Shown: in pieces, positions 53,846 through 64,000 of the stretch
Layout of the letters: each line of letters starts with the position of its first letter
Numbering within the stretch: the first letter of the stretch is position 1
From: Octopus vulgaris
Lineage: Eukaryota
Reading direction: 5' to 3'
Assembly: GCA_951406725.2 (NCBI GenBank)
Contig: OX597828.1
Location: 75,206,001-75,270,000 of the forward strand
DNA length: 64,000 nt
Notes under the pieces: generated by a model
The model's input: the letters and a program-made list of their open reading frames with translations, nothing else
Databases searched by the model: none
What the model was told of the DNA's origin: nothing
Made by a program: the position numbers and the translations under genes

Positions 53846-54180
53846 ACTTTACCGCAAGAATCTGATAACAATCAGAGGAAATTAAAAACAAACAGCCAAG
53901 TCAATAAGTAAACACATAAGTAAATAACATACAATAAATGCCAACACACAAAGACCAAAAACAATAAACATAAAACCCCCCAAAACAAACGAAAGATAAA
54001 ACAATACCAAACAATATTGCAATGAATAATAATAACAATAATAACGACAACAACAATAATAATAATAATAATAGTAGTATATTATAGAATAAGATAAACA
54101 TTGAAAATATGATAATTTTGTGTCAAGGATTTAAATACATACATACATACGTACATACATATATATATGTATGTATATAT

Positions 54181-54227
<47 letters not shown>

Positions 54228-54234
54228 GCAGTGT

Positions 54235-54272
<38 letters not shown>

Positions 54273-54467
54273 GAAATAAAAAGAATTAGAGGCTTAAAAA
54301 GGGAAATGAATTCTAGATGTGGGGCCGGAGGCGTGGGGTGGGGTGCCGTTGTGCATAAAGGACATGAAAAGAGATCAAAGCCGAATCTTAGAATCAATTC
54401 CGGTCTTGTCTTTTTTTATTTGTTTATTTGTTCCAACAAAAGACTAAACCATATGTGTATATATATA

Positions 54468-54514
<47 letters not shown>

Positions 54515-54616
54515 ATATATATATATGTGTGTGTATATATGTATATATATATACACACATATGTCTATACAAACACGCGCACACACACATATATACATAC
54601 ACACAAACACACACAC

Positions 54617-54662
<46 letters not shown>

Positions 54663-55155
54663 TCTCACTTACACAAACGAACATTTATATATACACAAGA
54701 TACACAAACACACGTACATTTATATTGAGAGGAAGAGAAGGGTTGGGCGCGGATGGAAAGATAAGTGAAATGCAAAAATGGAAATGCCATCATTGCCTGG
54801 AGCTGTTTTTAAAGGATTCGCCCCAAGCTACGGTTTTTATAGCACCGACCATTATAAATAGATGAAAGATAGATAAGCAAGAGATACGCGAAATTTATGT
54901 GAAGAGATACTCCTCCAGGAGAAGATGTCTAACCTAGCTAAACAATGCTTATGCTGAGAAAGCTCTGAGAGAATTCTGCTTAGCTTCTGATATATTATTG
55001 CTGTTGTTGTTTGTGTTGTTAGGCCAATTCCGTCAGCGCTGACCTTGGGGATCTATAACAGGAAGGTAATCAAATAATTGAAGGAGTGCAATCCACACAT
55101 CTATTACATTAAGGTAATTTTATATATACATACAGCAATAAATAAGTATACATTA

Positions 55156-55454
55156 GGCGCAGGCGTAGCTGTGTGGCAAGAAGCTTGCTTCCCATCCACA
55201 TGGTTCCGGGTTCAGTCCCACTGCATAGCACCTTGGGCAAGTGTCCTCTACTATAGCCTTGGGCGACCAAAGCCTTGTGAGTGGATTTGATAAACGGAAA
55301 CTGAAAGAAGCCCGTCCACTAAACCCTCTCACAAGGCTTTGGTCGGCTCTAGTCTATAGTAGAAGACACTTGCCCAAGGCGCTACGCGGTGAGACTGAAC
55401 GTGGAACCATGTAGTTGTCAAGCACTCTTCTTACCTCACGCCCAGCCTGTGCCT
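55156..55454. mobile_element. Adjacent inverted pair of family B SINE 5' parts
   Basis: Plus copy 55156-55315 is immediately followed by minus copy 55322-55454. Confidence 0.85.
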
Positions 55455-55473
55455 GCGCGCGTGTGTGTATGCA

Positions 55474-55513
<40 letters not shown>

Positions 55514-55559
55514 CGCGCGCATATAGGTAAGCATGCTTGTATGCATGCTATATGTCTAT

Positions 55560-55790
55560 TATATGATGGTCTCCAACCTGGCTACGATTCCAGGGAAGCC
55601 AGGAAAAGTGCACAGGGGAGCAGACAGCCCAAGACGGGAGCAAGTATCGATAATTACAGCAGTCAAACAACGCAGGTAGGCCAGAAAAACCAGCACCATG
55701 AAATCCCAAACTACCATCACTATTTCCTGTCCGCACAGCCAGAAAACCTTTAGGGCACAGCTTGGCCTGACGAGAGACCAATGCGTATAA
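55560..55790 (+). mobile_element. RTE LINE 3' remnant with decayed C2H2-like end
   Basis: Translates AVKQRR*ARKTSTMKSQTTITISCPHSQKTFRAQLGL, matching the RTE terminal CPxCxRTFRAxIGL motif. Confidence 0.65.
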
Positions 55791-56170
55791 CTTCTAGAAA
55801 TGTTAGGTAAAGTCATAGTTTTTTCTCGAGTCTATAATCCTTACATTTGACCATTTTTGCGATGATCATCACATAATTTTGAAAACACAGAATTATATGA
55901 TGACAGGAATATCTTTACAAACATTTGTGGGATTCGTCCATCTGTTCTTCATTCTTCTTTATTTTGTTCTCATAATGAAAATGATAATTAAATTCTAGCT
56001 GCGGAATCAGGCTTAATCTATTTCATGATTATTTCGTAAATAATAATAATAATAATAATAATAATGATTTCTTGTACGTGGTTTCATTTTTATTGATCTC
56101 ATATGTTATATTAAATTTACTTTAAAACCATTTAAATATCCTCATATTAATTTTAAAATTAAAATTCAAT

Positions 56171-56215
56171 ATTGCACTGATGAGATGAATTTAGGTCGAA
56201 ATACGCAGATGCAAT
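56171..56215 (+). ncRNA. Type I minimal hammerhead ribozyme-like motif (one core mismatch)
   Basis: attgca-CTGATGA-gat(gaatttag)gtc-GAAA-tacgca-GA-tgcaat: 6-bp stem I, 3-bp stem II, G in place of U16.1. Confidence 0.45.
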
Positions 56216-56630
56216 TCAGATATTGTTGTTGTTGTTATTATTATTATTATTATTATTATTGTTGTTGTTGTTGTTGTTGTTATTAACGCGAAATAGATAT
56301 GAGGTTGAGTTGACATGATTCTGTCCCTTGCATAAAGAAAAACGAAAACCAGATGGACAATTCACAGAGATGCTTACACACACACACACACACACACACG
56401 CATGCGCGCGCCATCGCTCATACGCATATGTATGCACCTACACACTAATCTCTCTCTATTTTTTTTAACATTCTTTTAGATATATGTAAATTTCTGTTGC
56501 CACATGCATTTACTCACGTGCTCTCGCACACGTATACAATTGCGCGTGTGTGTGTGTGTGCGAGCACACGTATACAATTGTGCGCGTGTGTGTGCGTGTG
56601 CACGCTTACAATTGTGTGCGTGTCCAAGCG

Positions 56631-56694
<64 letters not shown>

Positions 56695-56709
56695 CGTATA
56701 TATATATAT

Positions 56710-57131
56710 AAGTATGGAAATATTGAACTCTCAAACGCATAATAATAATACTGGATAGCAAAAAGAAGATAGAACATCCTTATAAATTTGTTAGCAGCCA
56801 GCCACGAGACTCGAACTCACATATAGCGTCTACAAAAGCTATATTTATAAGTTAAAAAATTGCAGAATTTGTTTGTAGGCAGTTTAGCTTAAAGGTAAAG
56901 TACTATGACCGGTAATCACAGGGATGTGAATTCCAGTCTCATAGTTGGCCGCTAACAAATTTTTCTGCAATATAATGATGTTCTATCCTATTCATGCTAT
57001 AATTATTATTATACGTTTGAGAGTAAAATATTTTCATATCTTATACAGATATGAAAATATTTTACTCTCAAACGTATAATAATAATTATAGCATGAATAG
57101 GATAGAACATCATTATATTGCAGAAAAATTT
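56710..57131 (+). mobile_element. tRNA-Thr-like-headed element with inverted copies of its 3' part on both sides, including a perfect 85-bp-arm palindrome
   Basis: tRNA-like 56878-56950; 56957-57041 is the exact reverse complement of 57047-57131; 56710-56822 is a diverged reverse complement of about 56925-57045. Confidence 0.75.
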
Positions 57132-57184
57132 CAATACATTCCAACGCTTCTAAAAAAGCAAACTTTGCTTGTTTACACACATCG

Positions 57185-57230
<46 letters not shown>

Positions 57231-57238
<8 letters not shown>

Positions 57239-57369
57239 TATATGCAACAAAGACAGTATTAGAGTAATAGTCTGTATCATATATAATGAAAATACATCGT
57301 TGAAACGACGCAATTCATTGCGGTATTCGTCCAAAGACATCTGCCATGGACTTGCTGCGTGAAAAAAAG

Positions 57370-57414
<45 letters not shown>

Positions 57415-57748
57415 GAAGGAGGTGAAAATCGCTCCATCATCGGACCTTGAGAAAGATAGATGCATTTTGTTATCGTTAAACGCTGTCAATGGCGTGTACT
57501 CACAATCAACCATATGCTTAGATGACATTTGTGACCTCCGCTGCTGACAAGGCCCAACGAGCGTCAGATGCATCTGGTACTTTTTGCCAGCTGTTGCTGG
57601 ATCGATATTTCTCACTTTTCCCCTTCCTATATATGTTGTTTCAACATATACCGCAGTAAATTTGCCTTTCAACGATGTATCCACGTTAGTTATGATACAC
57701 AGATGGCTATTATAATTTAATACTGTTTATATTTCATATAAAGGATTT
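57231..57748. mobile_element. Old element with long (~95 bp) degenerate TIRs; extra reversed left end near 57925-58070
   Basis: atccgttatatg..acagtatta..atacatcgttgaaa..tgcggtat matches the reverse complement of 57648-57748. Confidence 0.6.
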
Positions 57749-58110
57749 GTTATTCAGCTGAGCTGCTGTTCACAATACCAGTGAACGTTTTACTCCCTAT
57801 TTCCAATATATTCCAATATATTGTATTCCCAGTTTCCTATATATCAGAGACGGCATGCAATCAGCTGTGGGAACACGATAGTGACAAGGTCCAACGCGAC
57901 TAAAGTACAAATAAGGTTATCGCCAGCCGATTTGGGGGCGATTTTCCTCTCCCTCTGACATACATCTCATAAGAGATCTTACTTCAGGGCGAACATCGCA
58001 GTGAATGGCTATTCAGCGATGTATTTGCGTTAAGTATCATATGCAGGTGGTTATACATTTCATGTAGTAAACTAAAACGCATATCACGAGACAGTGTCTT
58101 ATTCGGATAG

Positions 58111-58150
<40 letters not shown>

Positions 58151-58156
58151 ACACAC

Positions 58157-58227
<71 letters not shown>

Positions 58228-59050
58228 TGCACAATCATAAGGAGATTTATGCATGCGGGTGTGTGCATATGTTAGTGAGTGGATATCTGCAGATATCAGA
58301 ACAAAACTTTTGTAAAACATGCTAGCGCGGGCCAACATGTTTTCAGACACGCATGTGTGTGTGTGTATATATATATACACACACTCATATGGAGATACGT
58401 ATTCATACATATAGACCTACATGCAAGCATGCGTGTAAATGAATGTATAGTTAATTTTGAATATATCCACATATACATACAGAGACTCACTGCTACACAC
58501 AAAGCTAACACTATATATGATCACGTGTTCATGTGTGTGCGTGGGTAGTGTGTGTGCGTGTGCGCGCGCGCGTGTGTGGATGTTTCCACAATGCCTTTGA
58601 GTACGTGTATGTGTTCGTCTATATATGTATGCACACAACACGCGTACTTACACACGCATATAAGCAACACACAAATGTATAAGAATGTAATCGTGTGTAA
58701 ATGTACCTGTGTTGGAATATGTTTGTATACATATATGTCTTGATATATATATATATATATATATATGCATATACAACAAGGAACTTAGTTATGGAATGAT
58801 TTGTACAAGTGTTCTTATGTAAACACGTGTCCGTGCAACAAGAACGTCTTGGTATGAAGGTGTATGTATGTCTGTATGTGTTTGTTTGTATTCATATGTG
58901 TGGGTATTGGGGCTTGTGTGTGTACATGAATGTTACTTCTGTGCTCCTGAATACACACACGCACACACACACTTATGAAAAAATATATTTGTGTATATAT
59001 GTATATAATATACATATATATGAATATATATATATATGTTTATACATATG

Positions 59051-59099
<49 letters not shown>

Positions 59100-59182
59100 G
59101 CGTAGGTATTTCTAAATACATAAATAGTTAAGCGACCAAACACACACACACATACATATACATGCATATATATATATACATG

Positions 59183-59249
<67 letters not shown>

Positions 59250-59256
59250 CACACAC

Positions 59257-59303
<47 letters not shown>

Positions 59304-59731
59304 TGTATGTATGTATGTATGTGTGTATGTGTGTATGTATACGTGCGTCTTTACTTTATGGAAGCTATGCAGCAAGCTAGCTGCCAACTGCAGATGGTGT
59401 TGGGTCTAAAGCAAACGCCTCCGTTTGACCTGCAAACTTTCCTTCCTTCCACCCCCCCCTTTCCCTCTGCGTTCCTGTAACAGTCAATTGGATTGGAAGA
59501 CATTGTTGACCTCACCACCTTCTGATCTTATGTGTAGCTTGTTCTTGTGGAACACACACACACACATATGCAGAGAGAGAGAGAGAGGGAGAGAGAGATT
59601 GAGAGAGAGAGAGAGATGGATAAAGAAGAACATACACGTAGAATTTGCCAATTTCTCTTGCACCCACGTCACGCTCAGACAGCGCCCTCTATCTAGTGCG
59701 GGCCATGATTGTCACTTAAAAAAATGAAACT

Positions 59732-59872
59732 GTTTATTTCCATCTACGCACATATGCACGTATGTTTGTATGTGAATGTATATATGCTTCTATGCTTGTG
59801 TGTATCTATGTGCAAGCGTATATGCATGAATATAAGTTCCTTTTAATACATAGGGCGATATGTTGCCGTGTG

Positions 59873-59929
<57 letters not shown>

Positions 59930-60061
59930 ATACTGTTACCTCAACCGCTACCATGAAGTTCCTGCATAAATCTACGGATAACAACAGGGAATCGAAACCG
60001 TGCTGCTGCTTTAATCATCATCCACTTATACACTTTGTAAAGTTTCACCATTATATATCTA
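59732..60061 (-). repeat. Near-identical inverted duplicate of 50881-51190
   Basis: See 50881-51190. Confidence 0.95.
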
Positions 60062-60745
60062 TATATATTTACATATATTTACATATATATATCTTTATTC
60101 ATTCCGGTGAAAGAAATTGACATCCTTGTTCTCTTCATCTTTTCCGGAGGATAATAAAAAACGACGAAGCGCAGTAGTAAAAACAATAGCTGCAACAGCA
60201 ACAACAACAATAGCAACAATGAATGGCCATAAAATTCCGACGAACATTTTAAAGGAAAAAATAGCCGAGCAATTGGAATCAAAATATACGTGAAATGAAA
60301 AAAAAAAAAAAGAAATAATTAAAAAAAGAAGCAAGCACCGCGAGCACCGCACCCACTTACTATCAACAGCAGCAACACTATCACCGGTACCAACACCACC
60401 CAAACTCCCACCAACACCGTAAACAACATCTTCACATCACCACGAATATCAACATTTTCGCTTTTATGGCGAACACCACGACTAACGACGTCCCCACCAT
60501 CGCAATCCACTAAAACCACCACCACTACCACCACCACCACCACTACCACCACCACCACCACTACCACCACCACCACTATCATCATTATCATCATCAACAA
60601 CAACAGCAGCAACCACTACTATCAACGCTAATGAAATGTAAAAAGAAAATTTTGAATTACATTTTTTTAAAAATTGAAACTACGCAGGAAGACAAAAATT
60701 GGCAACAAAACTAAACAAATGACATGGAAACACACAGAAGCGCAG

Positions 60746-60793
<48 letters not shown>

Positions 60794-61485
60794 GCACACA
60801 CACACACACACACACACACGCACAACGCAGATACACATACATACAAAAAAACCTAGCGGTCACCTCGTTTTATTGCAATCTTTCTTTTCCTTCTCCTCTA
60901 CCTACCACCCTCAAATAAAATAAAACGAAATAATTCTAAAAAAAAAAAAGTAAATAAAATAAAATAAAAATGGTAGATTTCGAAAGAAACCTCGTCCCCC
61001 ACCCAATTCCAACGGTTCTGATTTCTAACCGATGTGTTTGAGATTATTTTGTTTTCTTTCAGTTTGTTTTTTTTTGTAATGTCGTTCTCTTGGATTCCAT
61101 CGAACCAAACCATTTTTGTTGTTGCCGTTGTTTGTGTTCTTTGAAGAACTTTTATAGTTGGTTGGTAAATTACAGAAGCAAGCAAATAGCAGAGCAATAC
61201 AAACTGAAGAACTATCCGCAAATCACCCTCGTCCCTACCCCCCACCTCATAAAGCCACCTCCCCCTCGCCGGGAATTATAAAATAAAATCTAAATGATAC
61301 ACAAATATAAGTACAACAAAAATATATATGAATAAAATACAGCAAAACATATAAAGATATAAGATATAAAAAAGATAATAAAAAATGATAAAATATTGAA
61401 AAGAAAGCGAAAAATATTTCAGAAAAGGAAAAGAAACTCGGAAACGACGGAATTTTATGTTGACTTTTGTCAGTAATTTGTTTGT

Positions 61486-61546
<61 letters not shown>

Positions 61547-61590
61547 GTGTGTGTGTGTGTATTATATCACACCCTCACACATAAATATAT

Positions 61591-61651
<61 letters not shown>

Positions 61652-61806
61652 CACACACACATTATACATATACATGAATATACGTATACACACATAAATA
61701 TATAAATACACTCACACATATATATAAATATATACATGCATATATATATATATATCTACATATATATACGTACATACACACACATATGCAAATATATATA
61801 TATATT

Positions 61807-61859
<53 letters not shown>

Positions 61860-62276
61860 ATACGAATATATACACACATATATACGTGTGTGTGTGTTGT
61901 TTATTTGTTTATACTGTAGTTGGCAGAAATTGCTACTTTTTATTGCTCATGTGATTATGGAGTTGTAAATGACATAAGCGGCACAATCGGTAGAGAGCGG
62001 TGAACAAAATACCGTGTAATATCCAATTACCTCCCTTTATGTTCTTTGACTTTCATCTCTCCGGTAGGTGGGTGGGTGGCGGATGTGGTGTTGAATTGTA
62101 ATCTCCTCCTTTCCTTTCTCTGTATATATCACTGATCATTATACAGGAAGACGATCGGGCTAAGCAGGAGAGCCTGGAGTCATCGGTTCAAATCAAAGAC
62201 ACGGATGTGGTGACTCTTGATCGTTTGTGGGTTCGATAGCAAATAGTAGTTCTAGGACGGGAGTTGATTGGACAAA

Positions 62277-62317
62277 TTGCTGCTGCTGCTGATGACGCTG
62301 AGAAGGATGACGACGAA

Positions 62318-62348
<31 letters not shown>

Positions 62349-62590
62349 ATGACGATGGTCATGCTGCTGTTGCTGCTGTTGGTGATAACGATAACGATGA
62401 TGAAGGACCATGGCGATGATGATGACGACGACGATGGTGATTATGATGAATGACGATGATGATGATGATGAGGTTGACGATGACCATGATGATGATGATG
62501 ATGATGATGATGCCGATGACGATGTTCACGCTGTTATTGCCATTGATGGTGATGATGGTGAGGATGACGATGGGAGTGATGATAATAATG
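62277..62590. repeat. Degenerate (GAT/GAC/GCT)n trinucleotide tract
   Basis: Direct reading. Confidence 0.9.
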
Positions 62591-63187
62591 GCAAAGACCT
62601 TATTTTTTTTTCTCCTCCAGGAATATTTTCTACTTAAAAAAAAAACTAAAACCGTTTTAAAAAAAATCAACAACGGATTTTAAGCCTACAACTTTATTAT
62701 AACTTTTTATGATCTCAACGCATAACGAAATGTGGATCTTTCTTAAGCAACAATTTAAGGAAGCGCTGTATCCAAGAAATTTACTTCATTATCACGTGGT
62801 TTCGAGTTCGAAGCAGAAAGCAAAGGTACACCATTGTCCTCGCTCGACGATTACACACACACATTTGCACACACACACACACACACTTGCACACACACAC
62901 ACACACACACTTGCACACACATACACACACCCACGGAGATATAAAAGAGTTTCACTGAATAAACTTAAGTGCATAGTGTAAACAAGAGTTTTTTGTTTCC
63001 AGGAGGAAAATCACATTTTAACCAACCAGTTTCGCTGACGTTCAGCAAACTCAGTTTAAAGTATGTTCTGGAATACATACATACATACATACATACATAC
63101 ATACATACATACATACATACATACATACATTCATATATATATATACATACATACATAAATACATACATACATACATACATACATACA

Positions 63188-63218
<31 letters not shown>

Positions 63219-63346
63219 GTTTCCGGTGATTTGCTTGAATTCGACAGCTGTTTCGAGTTGGCGTAGAGGAATCAATGTGAATATTACAGCAGCATAAACA
63301 GCCGCGAAAGTGGGAGCGGTGATGGTGGTAGTGAGGATTTTATTGA

Positions 63347-63742
63347 CGGCGGCGAACTAGCGGAAACGTTAGCACGCCGGGCGAAGTGCTTAGCCGTATT
63401 TCGTCTGCCGTTACGTTCTGAGTTCATATTCCGCCGAGATCGACTTTGCCTTTCATCCTTTCGGGGTCGATTAAATAAGTACCAGTTACGCACTGGGGTC
63501 GATATAATCGACTCGATCTGTTTGTCTGTTCTTGTTTGTCTCTTCTGTGTTTAGCCCCTTGTGGGTAGTAAAGAAATAAGTATTTCGTCCGTCTTTACGT
63601 TCTGAGTTCGAATTCCGCCGAGGTCGACTTTACCTTTCATCCTTTCGGGGTCGATAAATTAAGTACCAGTTGTGTACTGGGGTCGATTTAATCGACTGCC
63701 CCCCCCCAAAAAAATTTCGGGCCTTGTGCTTAGAGTAGAAAA
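63347..63742 (+). mobile_element. Dimeric family A SINE
   Basis: Head ggcggcgaactagcggaaacgttagcacgcc, two gcctttcatcctttcggggtcgat-type bodies, and linker gtgtttagccccttgtgggtagtaaagaaat. Confidence 0.9.
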
Positions 63743-64000
63743 TAATGGTAGTATTGATGATAAAGGTGGTAGTGATGGGTGTTGCGGTGATGTTGGTGAT
63801 GATGGTAGTGGTAGTGGTGGAGGTGGCAGTGGTGTGGTGATGGTGGAGAAAGGTTTTTAAAGTGTTGATGTTGGTGTCAATGGAGGCGTTGGTGGTGTTG
63901 GTGTTAGGAGTACAAGTGCTGGTGTTATGGCTGTGATGTGATTTTGATGGTTCTTGTTGTGTTTGCGGTAGTAGTGTTAATGGTGATGATGATGGTTGTG

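Noticed and set aside
56878-56950. Functional tRNA-Thr gene
   Set aside because: Acceptor and anticodon stems pair poorly, the B box is mutated, and a GGT anticodon is atypical for animal tRNA-Thr; treated as an element head
62268-62683. Poly-Asp, poly-Met and poly-His ORFs suggesting an acidic protein
   Set aside because: (GAT)n microsatellite decay; no unique coding context

Overview
AT-rich, microsatellite-saturated animal genomic DNA, with no CRISPR array, rRNA or recognisable host protein-coding exon. The repeat repertoire resembles octopus (cephalopod) genomes; this is inferred from my recollection of these families, not from a search. Almost all listed ORFs are translations of (TA)n/(CA)n/(TACA)n/trinucleotide tracts. 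The window is an intergenic or intronic transposon graveyard. It contains at least four tRNA-derived SINE families; 3' remnants of R4/Dong, RTE and CR1-like LINEs; Penelope-like (PLE) fragments with minimal hammerhead-like motifs; a Gypsy-like LTR/gag relic; a clean non-autonomous Helitron; and Tc1/mariner- and hAT-type MITEs. Short TAAT-rich unique islands lie between them. The most striking unexplained structure is the density of inverted repeats: a perfect 85-bp-arm palindrome on a tRNA-Thr-headed element with PLE-like inverted architecture, a palindromic family whose arms match each other better than they match the sister copy, and a near-identical ~310-bp inverted duplication 8.5 kb apart. 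All calls come from manual reading; boundaries of degenerate elements are approximate.
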